Assembly (NCBI GenBank): GCA_002269645.1
Contig: NIVC01001461.1
Location: forward strand, 62,001 to 126,000
DNA length: 64,000 nt
From: Macrostomum lignano
Lineage: Eukaryota
Direction of reading: 5' to 3'
Part shown: positions 12,174 through 24,400 of the stretch, in pieces
Layout of the letters: each line of letters begins with the position of its first letter
Position numbering within the stretch: position 1 is the first letter of the stretch
The notes under the pieces: generated by a model
What the model saw: the letters and a program-made list of their open reading frames with translations, nothing else
Database searches by the model: none
Told to the model about the DNA's origin: nothing
Program-made: the position numbers and the translations under genes

Positions 12174-14172
12174 ATGCTACTTAGAAATGCAGCGGCATCC
12201 TTGAGCAGCCGGCCGCTGTTCTGCAGGTGCCTCTCCTCCTACCTGTTCAGCGGCAACAGCTCGCCCTGGACCCGCCTGACCAGCCCGGAGATCCCCGTCA
12301 TCGCCGCCGCGCCGGAGTCCGCAGCCGGCAGCCCGGAGCGTCTGGTAGGAACGGCCGGCCTCCGCAAATTCGTGGAGAACATCACCCGCAAGCCCAAGGA
12401 GGCCCGGCTCTGGCTGAAGTACTTCAAGTACTTCTCGGCGAAATCGCCCGGCAGAGCCTTCGCCGTGATGCGCCTGTCGCCTGACGTCTTCGCCGATACG
12501 CGCGAGCTGCGCCGGCTGGCCTGGTCCACCGCCTTCCTGTTCGAGCACGGGCTGGTGTCCGCGCTCATCTGCCGCATGTCCGGCGACGAGGACTGGCAGC
12601 GAGCGGAGCTGCTCGGCCAGCTGCTGCTCAGGCACGGAGTTCCCTCGAAGGTGCTGCTGATGAGCGGCCTGTCGGAGGACTCGGTGTCCGGGCAGCAAGG
12701 TGCGGACCTGCTGTCCCTATCGCAGGTCTGCGTGCCCATCGTCTGCTGCCCGGTGCTCGCCTCCGACGCCGGCGACGAGGCTGCCTCAGCCGCGGTGGTC
12801 GACTCCGCTCTGATGCGCCTGTGCGAAGTCCTCCGCCCGCTGAAGGTGCTGCTGCTGAGCGGGCAGCCTGGCCTGCCGGACCCGAAAGGCCGCGTCATGA
12901 GTGATGTGGTGCTGCCCAGTGAGTGCTTGACCAGAACCTGCTGTGCACAATGAGTCACTTAGTTGTTTATTTAGTCAGTCAGTCAGTCAGTCAGTCAGTC
13001 AGTCAGTCAGTCAGTCAGTCAGTCAGTCAGTCAGTCAGTCAGTCAGTCAGTCAGTCAGTCAGTCAGTCAGTCAGTCAGTCAGTCAGTCAGTCAGTCAGTC
13101 AGTCAGTCAGTCAGTCAGTCAGTCAGTCAGTCAGTCAGTCAGTCAGTCAGTCAGTCAGTCAGTCAGTCAGTCAGTCAGTCAGTCAGTCAGTCAGTCAGTC
13201 AGTCAGTCAGTCAGTCAGTCAGTCAGTCAGTCAGTCAGTCAGTCAGTCAGTCAGTCAGTCAGTCAGTCAGTCAGTCAGTCAGTCAGTCAGTCAGTCAGTC
13301 AGTCAGTCAGTCAGTCAGTCAGTCAGTCAGTCAGTCAGTCAGTCAGTCAGTCAGTCAGTCAGTCAGTCAGTCAGTCAGTCAGTCAGTCAGTCAGTCAGTC
13401 AGTCAGTCAGTCAGTCAGTCAGTCAGTCAGTCAGTCAGTCAGTCAGTCAGTCAGTCAGTCAGTCAGTCAGTCAGTCAGTCAGTCAGTCAGTCAGTCAGTC
13501 AGTCAGTCAGTCAGTCAGTCAGTCAGTCAGTCAGTCAGTCAGTCAGTCAGTCAGTCAGTCAGTCAGTCAGTCAGTCAGTCAGTCAGTCAGTCAGTCAGTC
13601 AGTCAGTCAGTCAGTCAGTCAGTCAGTCAGTCAGTCAGTCAGTCAGTCAGTCAGTCAGTCAGTCAGTCAGTCAGTCAGTCAGTCAGTCAGTCAGTCAGTC
13701 AGTCAGTCAGTCAGTCAGTCAGTCAGTCAGTCAGTCAGTCAGTCAGTCAGTCAGTCAGTCAGTCAGTCAGTCAGTCAGTCAGTCAGTCAGTCAGTCAGTC
13801 AGTCAGTCAGTCAGTCAGTCAGTCAGTCAGTCAGTCAGTCAGTCAGTCAGTCAGTCAGTCAGTCAGTCAGTCAGTCAGTCAGTCAGTCAGTCAGTCAGTC
13901 AGTCAGTCAGTCAGTCAGTTAGTTAGTTAGTAGATAGCGAGAAAGAGCGAGCGAAGCGAGCTCTTTCGAGCTTACTTGCCGCAGCCAATCAAGCTGAATG
14001 CACGCACACAAGATCACCGGAAACGATTAAGGCAGCTGGAAAGCCAATGGGCGCGGTAAGCGCTTTTATCCAGAGGAACTACCTGCTGGAACCAGCCATG
14101 CCGATCGAAAATCAGACTACTTAAGTAGTGCAAAAGAGAGCGCGCAACTACCGAGAAATCTAATTTTAGGGT

Positions 14173-14262
<90 letters not shown>

Positions 14263-14291
14263 GAGTTAGTTAGTTAGTTAGTTAGTTAGTG

Positions 14292-14350
<59 letters not shown>

Positions 14351-16592
14351 CACTTAGTTAGTTAGTCAGTTACTTCGGGTGTGTCATAAGTAATGTCACT
14401 GCAGGCCTCTGTCTAAAATATGTAGGCACATGGACTTGTGGGTAGTGTAGCTGCAAAGTATACTTAGTGAAGCAATAGCAGTGCATTTGAGACGTGCAAA
14501 GGTTGTTTATGGCCCAAGCTATCGCAAGAATACGCCAAGCAGATTTAGCAAGTGCAACGCGATGAAAAATCGTCTATGCAGCGAACAAAAATCATCATGA
14601 ATCTCGACATGACGCCTGCACCAAGCAGATCCGCAAGGTGTTTAGCAGCCAGGGCTTGAATGACATCCTAAACTGCCTGGTCGCTGAGGATGAAAGCTGG
14701 CTCCACCTGGATGGCAAGGACAGCAAGGCAGATAATCGCTGCTGGTTGGGAGCTGGGGACTTCAGGCCGATGGTGACCAGGAAGTCCATCTCGGACAAGA
14801 AGACCATGCTGCTGGTAGCCTTCACGCCAAACAAACGAGTCTCCATCTGCACAACTCCACCGAACACCAAGGTCGATGGCCAGTACTTTATCGACTTTTT
14901 CCGGCACACTGGGGACCTCTGGTGCACTCTCCGGTCAAATCCATGTCACCTGGACGAGGTTCTGTGGCAGATGGACACCGCACGGCTGCACACCTGAAGG
15001 CTGTTTCGAATTTTCTGCCTGCACGGCAAGTGAATATGCTCTGACAGTCCCTACAGCCCAGACTTCAACTTTTGCAAGAGATTCCTGTTCAAATGGCTGA
15101 AGGCTGACTTTTCCAAGAAGAGTTTCGCAAACCATGAAGAGGTAAAACAGGCTGCGTTGCACTGGTTATGGCAGTTGGAGGAAAAACACCTGCAGGCTGA
15201 GGTGGACAAGCTGTATGAGCACTGCCAGAGGGTGATTGATATTGGGGGACTCTATGTTGTTGAGTGGTACAGTTTTGTTCATCTGCGATTGCAAGTTCGT
15301 CTGTTTTCACATCAGTGACATTACTTATGACACACCCGAAGTAGTTAGTCGGTCAGTTAGTTAGTTAGTCAGTTAGTCAGTTAGTCAGTCAGTATTTGAT
15401 TATTTGTTTGTTAATTCTTCCTGCTCTCTGCTTCATCCGCAGGTGACCTGGCCCCGCTCACCGGCCCGAGAAGTCACCTGAACGCTGAGCAACGTCGCCA
15501 GCTGCTGACCTCGGCCGAGCTGTTAGGCAACCTGTCCAGCGAGAGCCACGTGGTGCTCACCAGCGCGGGCTGCGTGGTGCAGGAGCTGTTCACCCACCAC
15601 GGCTCCGGCACGATGGTCCGCACCAGCGAGAAAATCATCCAGCAGTGCACGCTGAAAAGCGTCTCCCGGCCGGCCATGTCCGCACTGTTCAACCGGGCGT
15701 TCGGGAAGACGCTGCGCGAAGACTGGTACACCCGGGCGGAGGGCCTGGTCGAATCCGTGTACTTCAGCGAGAGCTACAGTGCCGCCGCGGTGGTTCTGCG
15801 ACTGCCAAACGTTCGGGTGCCCTACCTGGACAAGATTGCAGTGAGTTTGGGCTGAAAGAGGATCTTGAATAGCGCTTCAAGGAGTGTGATTTGGCGCAGC
15901 TGGCACCCTAAAGTGGCGCACCTGGCACCCTAAAGTGGCACACCTGGCACCCTAAAGTGGCACACCTGGCACCCTAAAGTGGCGCACCTGGCACCCTAAA
16001 GTGGCGCACCTGGCACCCTAAAGTGGCGCACCTGGCACCCTAAAGTGGCGCACCTGGCACCCTAAAGTGGCGCACCTGGCACCCTAAAGTGGCGCACCTG
16101 GCACCCTAAAGTGGCGCACCTGGCACCTTAAAGTGGCACACCTGGCACCCTAAAGTGGCACACCTGGCACCCTAAAGTGGCACACCTGGCACACCTGACA
16201 CACCTGGCACCCTTAAGTCTCCTAAGGTCTCCATGGCCCCCTGGTTGCCCTGTATCCCTCCTGTTCCCTTTGATCCACCGGTCTGCGAGGAAAGGCCAAC
16301 AGTTTTACGCAGTTACAAAAAATGAAATTTAATTTTATAACAGGTCAGCGAAGCGGCCCAGGGCTCCGGCATAGCTGTGATGCTGTGGAACCGGATTATG
16401 GAAGATTATCCCAGGCTGTTCTGGCGGGCCAAGTGCACCAACAAGGCGGCAGTGGCCTGGTACAACACCCTGGCCCAGGGCAGCTGGAAGGCCGATCGAG
16501 ACTGGACCATCTTCTGGTACGGCCTGAGCGACAGCGGTCTGCTGGGGGCCCTCATTGACTACGCGTCCGAGAAGCCAGCGGATTTTTACTGA
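12174..16592 (+). CDS. NAGS: N-acetylglutamate synthase, mitochondrial (vertebrate-type AAK + GNAT)
   Basis: Exons 12174-12918, 15443-15840, 16344-16592, phase-consistent. Arg/Ser/Leu-rich transit-like N-terminus; KPKEARLWLKYF..AFAVM, QELFTHHGSGTMV, VPYLDKIAV|VSEAAQGSGIAVMLW, LFWRA, WTIFWYG match NAGS motifs. Confidence 0.9.
12972..13918. repeat. (AGTC)n microsatellite, about 950 bp, apparently perfect
   Basis: Direct reading. Confidence 0.98.
14174..14372. repeat. (TTAG)n microsatellite
   Basis: Direct reading; resumes after the mariner at 15342. Confidence 0.95.
14373..15341 (+). mobile_element. Mariner-type DNA transposon, internally deleted, defective transposase
   Basis: Perfect 29-bp TIRs CTTCGGGTGTGTCATAAGTAATGTCACTG; TA TSD (14371-14372, 15342-15343); transposase remnants VAEDESW, QMDTARLH, SPYSPDFN; 969 bp. 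Confidence 0.92.
15895..16212. repeat. 22-bp minisatellite (TGGCACCCTAAAGTGGCGCACC)n, NAGS intron 2
   Basis: About 13 copies. Confidence 0.95.
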
Positions 16593-16960
16593 CTTCTGAC
16601 TGCTGACACCTGGCTGCTGACACCTGACAGCTGACACCTGACTACTGACTGCTGACACCTGACTGCTGACTGCTGACACCTGGGTTTGAAACTTGACAGC
16701 TGACTCCTGACAGCTGACTCCTGACAGCTGACTCCTGACAGCTGACTCCTGACAGCTGACTCCTGACAGCTGACTCCTGACAGCTGACAGCTGACTCCTG
16801 ACAGCTGACAGCTGACTGCTGACTGCTGACGGCTGACATTTGAAAACTGACACCTGACTGCTGACTGCTGACACCTGGGTCTAAAACCTGACAGCTGACT
16901 CCTGACAGCTGACAGCTGACTGCTAACTGACACCTCACTCCTCTCCTGAGTCTCCTGACT
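16590..16960. repeat. CTGAC-based 7-14-bp repeat starting at the NAGS stop codon
   Basis: Direct reading. Confidence 0.9.
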
Positions 16961-18431
16961 TCTCACCTAACTAATGACTGCCAATTATCAATCCAGTGTC
17001 AAAGTGTGGAAAAAATCTGGAAAAGCTAGCCTTCAGTTATAATTTGCTGGACTTTGCAGGACAAATTTGAATAATGTTATTTGATTTATTAGCTCAAGAT
17101 TAGTTAACAAGGACTACTAGACTAGACTAGACTAGACTAGACTAGATATATAACGAAGTGTTCCTAGTGGTCCTTGTATGTTAATCAGTTTGTGAATATT
17201 ACCATATTTAATTTTTTTCTGCACTCATCATTTGTGTGCATAAAAATTGCATTGTCGTGTAAATTTTAGCTGTTTTGCGGATAAAAAGTTGTTGAAATAC
17301 ATTGCATCATCGATCATTAGTATCAAAACAATTAATCATTACGTTTCTTCTCTTACAATATTACTGATATCATCCCCTGTGCGCACTTGTCTGTCTCACT
17401 TTACTTTTCCAGGGTTCGCAAGGAGAGGAAAACCAAGCGGGCTGGACCGAAGTGGGGTGGGGGCTCTCTGTACTTATAGCAATGTACAGGGGCGCTTATT
17501 GGGGGAAGGGATGGACGGTATTAGATAGCTGGCCAATCAGCGGCTGCGATCATCTTGATAAGCAGAAGTTCAGTTATTAATGAGGGAGGGAGAGGGGGAA
17601 ATGCCCAACCCCCCCCCCCGCCGCCCCCGAAACGGCACGCAGGGCTGCAGCAAAACGGAGTTGGGGGGTGGGGCGAGGGTCACGGGGGACGGAAAATAGA
17701 GGAGAGGCGCGGCCTGCGCGCCACAAGGGTCCGAGGCTGACCATAAGGGGTTTAATTAATCTGAATTAATCAAGAACGGCTGCAGCAGTAAGCAGAGCAG
17801 CGCAAGGACTGCTTGAACTTGTAATTTAGTCCGCAATTATCTACAGAGTCAGATGGTCTCAATTTGTTTATTTGGTCACAAGCCAGTCCCAAATCCTTCT
17901 TAGAAGCTACACGCAGCTCTTTCGGTTTAACCTTTTGAACTGCAGGCTCCGCCCTGTGAGAAGTTGCGTGAAGAACTTTATTGTGTAGATGGCCGTTCAC
18001 CCACCCCACCAACCCAGTTGGCAGTTGCTATTCGCCTTATTAGCGCTGAATTAATTCTCAGCTCTTACTACTAAACGAATTCCCGGCCTCCGACTGCGTG
18101 CCCATGCAGAGCTGCTCGTGGCTCGTAAAACGAACATCTGCTTTTTGTTACCTTGCTTCTCTCCAGCCCTCTGCTAAGCAATGACCCACCCACCCATCCC
18201 GCGGCAACAACCCCAAATTTTTTCATTCATGAGCAAGTGGCGCCATATGCCCGAGCCCCGCTCGTTGCAGGCTGGAAATGCGGGGACCTGCATTTATTTA
18301 GCCACACTATATAAATAAAAGCCGCGAGACAGTCTGCCCATTTTTGGCTGCAAAATAACTCTTTCAGGGTCTTTGCAACGATTTGTCCTCATCTTATTCA
18401 GCAGGTCTTGCAGTCGAGAGTCCAGATTGGA

Positions 18432-21400
18432 ATGTCCTACAACCAGCTGAGGCAGACTTTTCCGCCTCCGCCTGAGGGAGACCGCGGCACCGTGACCCGG
18501 CCCGTCAGGCAGCCCCAGCCGAGAGGCGCCACTCCGTCTCCACTGGCGGACGGTGGACTGGAGGGTTCGGCGATGTCCGAGGAGGAGGTGAGGGGGATGG
18601 GGAGACTGGCAAAGCTGATCAAGAAGTGCCCGATGTGTGCCCGATTGAGGGAGAGAGTGGGAGAGGGAGAGTGGGAGAGAGAGGGAGAGGGAGAGAGCGA
18701 GGGAGAGAGTGAGGGAGAGTGTGAGGGAGAGTGTGGGAGAGTGTGGGGGAGTGAGGGAGAGTGAGGGAGAGTGTGGGGGAGAGTGAGGGAGAGTGTGGAG
18801 GAGAGTGAGGGAATTTGAGAAAGAGAGTGAGGGGGAGTGTTGGGGAGAGAGTGAGGGGAGTGTGGGGGAGAGTGAGGGAGAGAGTTAGGGAGAGTGTGAG
18901 GGAGAGAGTGAGGGAGAGAGTTAGGGAGAGTGTGAGGGAGAGAGTGAGGGAGAGAGTTAGGGAGAGTGTGAGGGAGAGAGTGAGGGAGAGAGTTAGGGAG
19001 AGTGTGAGGGAGAGAGTGAGGGAGAGAGTTAGGGAGAGTGTGAGGGAGAGTGAGGGGGAGTGTGGGGAGAGTGAGGGAGGGAGTGTGGGGAGAGTGAGGG
19101 AGAGAGTTAGGGAGAGTGTGAGGGAGAGAGTGAGGGAGAGAGTTAGGGAGAGTGTGAGGGAGAGAGTGAGGGAGAGTGTGAGGGAGAGAGTGAGGGAGAG
19201 AGTTAGGTAGAGTGTGAGGGAGAGTGAGGGGGAGTGTGGGGAGAGTGAGGGAGAGAGTTAGGGAGAGTGTGAGGGAGAGTGTGAGGGAGAGAGTGAGGGA
19301 GAGAGTGAGGGAGAGTGTGAGGGAGATTTGCATTTTAGCACCCCAAACACAAGTTTTCCAGCTACTAGTGCCAAGCAGGCAAATCTTATGTGAAACAGTG
19401 CAATAACTATTCATAATGCAGCTCCCAAGGCACTTAGTCATTTATTTCGTAAGGCTTACCCAAATGCAGAAACTCACACTAGTACAGCGCTTTCAGTAAA
19501 TTTTATTGATTTCAAAGAGGGTCTTGGAATAGTTGAATTGTTCTCAAAGTCGGTGCTTTAGCCTGCCATTGTCACATGACTTGCTTCTATAAAATTGCTT
19601 TAATGAGGGCGGAGTACCCTGATTAATAATCTTTCAGTTATATACTTGTACATTCACTGCTCACCTTCCTCCCCTGCCCGTTGCCTTCGCTAACTGCAAC
19701 TCCCTGCCCGGTCACGCGCGGGTGGCGTGAATTTGAATTTGAAAATGCGTCAGTGGAAGCGCTACCAGTCGATTTCTGTACTTAAGTACTTTTAAATTAT
19801 GCTGTGTTTATGCACTCTATGCAGCTTGTTTTACTACTGACTCAGTAGCTTAAGTTCAAAACAGAATTTTAATGCAAACTGTGATCAACCCGCCAGAATA
19901 TTTGGAGAATAACAGATTTCTTAACCGAAAAATTTCACTGGTTTCACACCTCCATGACCCGATCTGTCATATTCTATGACCCTATGACCTGGAAAATTTC
20001 ACCTTTTATGACCCTAAATTTCATATTCTATGACCCAGACAATTTTACCCTCTGTGACCCTAAATGCCATATTCTATGACCCGGACAGTTTCACCCTCCA
20101 TGACCCGAAAATATCGGCCGCCGCTCATTTCAGAGGTCCGCCCAGCTGTCGGAGGCCCTCAGACAAGCCGGCTTCGTGCCCAACAAAGTTCGAACCCACT
20201 TCGTATTTGCCGAAGTACTCAAATCCATGTGGTCAAGGTTCGGGTTCAGCTTCACAGGAAATTTCACCGAAGGCTGGGGCTACAATCTCTACGCTATGAA
20301 CGGACGTCCCGGGTTCGATTCCGGCGTTTCCTGCCGGTACATCTATCAGGACCTGGTGGTTCACTTTGAGGACTGTCAGTGCCCGAATCGGGACAACCTC
20401 ATCTGCTATATCTCGGAGCAGACTGGCTCTCTGCAGCTCAGCAAAGGTTTCCACAGCTTTTATTGTCTTTTAGTTTAACTTTTTAGGAAAGCCTTATGCA
20501 AGCCATTGTGGTCTTCCAGATCCCACAGTTTCCTCCAGAGTGTCTTCCAGACTCCAAAATGCTTTATAGAGATCCCACAGAGTCCTCCAGATCCACAGTG
20601 TCCTCCGGACCCCACAGAGTCCTCCAGACCCCACAGAGTCCTTCAGACCCCAACAATGTCCTCCAGACCCCACAGAGTCCTCCAGACCCCACAGAGTCCT
20701 CCAGACCCCACAGAGTCCTTCAGACCCCAACAATGTCCTCCAGACCCCACAGAGTCCTCCAGACCCCACAGAGTCCTTCAGACCCCAACAATGTCCTCCA
20801 GACCCCACAGAGTCCTCCAGACCCCACAGAGTCCTTCAGACCCCAACAATGTCCTCCAGACCCCACAGAGTCCTTCAGACCCCAACAATGTCCTCCAGAC
20901 AGATCCATCAGCTCGCTTTACATTGACTGAAGTGGTCTCTGAAGTCGAGATGCAACTCAGAGATCCCAATTGCTTGTATGAATTTCAGCTTTAGTCCCAA
21001 TCATGAAGCGGATGGGCCTGGTTGTCAACATGGACGGCGAAGTGCTCGACCTTGAAAGGACTCAAAGCATTAAGCATAAGCGTGAGTTTGCTAATAATGC
21101 TTGAAAACTGATGAGTCACTTTTGTAGTCCCTTACGTCTTACTGTAGCTCATGATATCCTACTGTAGCTCCTGACATCCTACTGTAGCTCATGATATCAT
21201 ACTGTAGCTCATGACATCCTATTGTAGCTCATGACATCCTATTGTAGCTCATGACATCCTATTGTAGTTCATGACATCCTACTGTAGCTCATGATATCCT
21301 ACTGTAGCTCATGATATCCTACTGTAGCTCATGATATCCTACTGTAGCTCATGATATCCTACTGTATCTCATGATATCCTACTGTAGCTCATGATATCCT

Positions 21401-24400
21401 ACTGTAGCTCATGACATCCTACTGTAGCTCATGATATCCTACTGTAGCTCATGATATCCTACTGTAGCTCATGATATCCTACTGTAGCTCATGATATCCT
21501 ACTGTAGCTCATGATATCCTACTGTAGCTCATGATATCCTACTGTAGCTCATGACATCCTACTGTAGCTCATGATATCCTACTGTAGCTCATGATATCCT
21601 ACTGTAGCTCATGATATCCTACTGTAGCTCATGACATCCTACTGTAGCTCATGACATCCTACTGTAGCTCATGACATCCTACATGACAGACTACATGACA
21701 TGATAGCCCAAGCAGTGCTGTGACACCCTATTTACCTGACACAATTCCTGACAGACTACATCCGCTGACAGCTGACACTGTACTTGTTAAGCTGCTCCAA
21801 CTCCTAGAGTATTCTGACATTTCAATGTTCGCAAACTGCAGGAATCGCATCAACCCAACCACCAGCGGTGACCCTCCTCCTTTCCGCAGTGACCCTCTCC
21901 CCCGCAGTGACCCTCTCCCCCCGCAGTGATCCTCTCCCCCCCGCAGTGACCATCTCCCCCCGCAGTGACCCTCTCCCCCGCAGTGACCTGACCCTCTCCC
22001 CCCCGCAGTGACCCTCTCCCCCCCCGCAGTGACCCTCTACCCCCGCAGTGACCCTCTCCCCCCCCCGCAGTGACCCTCTACCCCCGCAGTGACCCTCTCC
22101 CCCCCCCCCGCAGTGACCCTCTCCCCCCGCAGTGGTCCTCTCCCCCCGCAGTGATCCTCTCCCCCCGCAGTGACCCTCTCCCGCAGCTCGGCCAACCCGG
22201 AGGTTCTGTTCACCGAGCAGCTGGCCTGCTGCCCCCATTTCACTCGGCGTGCCGTGAGCTCCTTGCAGCGCCTGCCCGGAGACTGGCAGGCGGACGCCGC
22301 GCAGATCACCATCCGGCCCCGCACGTACGTTCAGCACCTGCAGCAGTCGGGCTTGAAGAACTCCGAGCCAGCAGCCGATGTGGACTTCTCCGGCCTGGAG
22401 AGGGCGCTGTTCTGCCGCGTGGGTGAGGCTAGCGGCCACCTGTACATGCTGCTGAAGTACCTGCTGTTGAGAGCGCTGCCGCAGGCGTTGCCGGACAAGA
22501 TTCGCCCGTTCACGGAGGTGCACTGCCGCCAGCTGCTGTGGTACATCATCAGCCGCGAGCACCGAAACTACATTGGCGATGGCGAATCGTTGCTGAGCCG
22601 CGGACGTCGGGGCCTTCAGCTGATGGCGGAGCTTCTGGAACATCAGCAGCAGCTGCAGCAGCGCCTGCAGAAAGGCAACTCGCAGCGGAACGTCGCTTTT
22701 CGAAACTTCTTTGACCAGCGCCTCGGCGTGCCGTTCGACGAGGCGGTCGTGGGGCTGGTGGACCGCGCGCTTCTGTGCCGCCTGCTGAGCAACCCGACTC
22801 GCCTGCTCACCGACCAGGTGGACGCGTACATCTCTCGGCTGCGCGGCCTCGGCAACTTCAGCAGCGGCGGCGGCGGCGGTGGCGGCCTGAGCGGCTCTTA
22901 TTTCGTGTTCCGGCCGCTGCTCATGACCATCCCGGGCTGCAGCAGCGCGGCGGCGAGCCGCCCGACAGCCAGCCAACTCGCTGGGCTCGCCGACTACCCC
23001 ATGGTTGGATTTCGGCTGTACCGAGCGCTGGACATCCTGCTGGACGAGTGTCGGCCCGACCAGGGCATTTCGGCGGAGTTCAGCGCCCTGATTAGCAGTC
23101 TGAGGCGGTGCGCCACCACGGCCGCCGCCTGCTTGAGCTGCATGATGGCGCTGAAGCTGCGGCAGGGAGCGGGGCTGGCGCACCAGACTCTGATGCAGGC
23201 TGGACAAATCTCCGTGACGGACTGCTTCGAGGTGAATCAGCCTGACTGAGGCGGTCCTACGGGTCCGGGTGTCCATGGTGATCGTCCCTAAGTTGCAAAT
23301 TTCCTGAAGTCTTGAATTCCCGGAGCCATAAAGTCCCGAAGTCATAAAAGTCCCGAAGTCATAAAAGTCCCGAAGTCATAAAAGTCCCGAAGTCATAAAA
23401 AGTCCCGAAGTCATAAAAGTCCCGAAGTCATAAAAGTCCCGAAGTCATAAAAGTCCCGAAGTCATAAAAGTCCCGAAGTCATAAAAGTCCCGAAGTCATA
23501 AAAGTCCCGAAGTCATAAAAGTCCTAAAGTCATAGAAGTCCCGAAGTCATAAAAGTCCAAAAGTCATAAAAGTCCCGAAGTCATAATAGTCCCGAAGTCA
23601 TAAAAGTCCCGCGGAAGTCATAAAAGTCCTAAAGTCATAGAAGTCCCGAAGTCATAAAAGTCACGAAGTCAGAAAGGTCCCGATGTCATAATAGTCCCGA
23701 AGTCATAAAAGTCCCGCGGAAGTCATAAAAGTCCTAAAGTCATAGAAGTCCCGAAGTCATAAAAGTCACGAAGTTAGAAAGGTCCCGATGTCATAATAGT
23801 CCCGAAGTCATAAAAGTCCCGCGGAAGTCATAAAAGTCCAAAAGTCATAGAAGTCCCGAAGTCATAAAAGTCCCGAAGTCATAAAAGTCCCGAAGTCATA
23901 AAAGTCCCGAAGTCATAAAAGTCCCGAAGTCATAAAAGTCCCGCGGAAGTCATAAAAGTCCAAAAGTCATAGAAGTCCCGAAGTCATAATAGTCCCGAAG
24001 TCACTAAAGTCCCGAAGTCATTAAAATCCTGAAAATTCAGCCGTACCCCAATTATCCACTCCACACCGCTCAGGCTTCCAACCTGACGCCAAGTATGGTT
24101 GAGAACGCCCTGCTCAAGACTGACTGCGCCTGGCTCTACCGCTGCAAGCTGATCAAAGATGAGCACGAGGACCACGTGACCGAATGTCACGGACCCGGCG
24201 GCACGGCCTTCCTGGCCGCCTACCCCCGGATCCGCTGCCTGTTTTTCCCGGCCACCCAGAAGCCGATTCTGCACAGTCAGCACTGCAGCTTCGTCTACCG
24301 GCTGCGCATCAACTTTGTGGCGCTGTGGCATTCGCTGAACACCCAGCTGGCCAGCGACTTGGGCAGCTACATCAGGCCGAGCTACGGAGCTTCAGCTGGC

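Noticed and set aside
12923-13930. 327-335 aa SQSV ORFs
   Set aside because: (AGTC)n microsatellite without stops in these frames.
21822-23345. 507-aa minus-strand ORF
   Set aside because: Antisense shadow of the GC-rich Mab-21-like exon plus a repeat translation.
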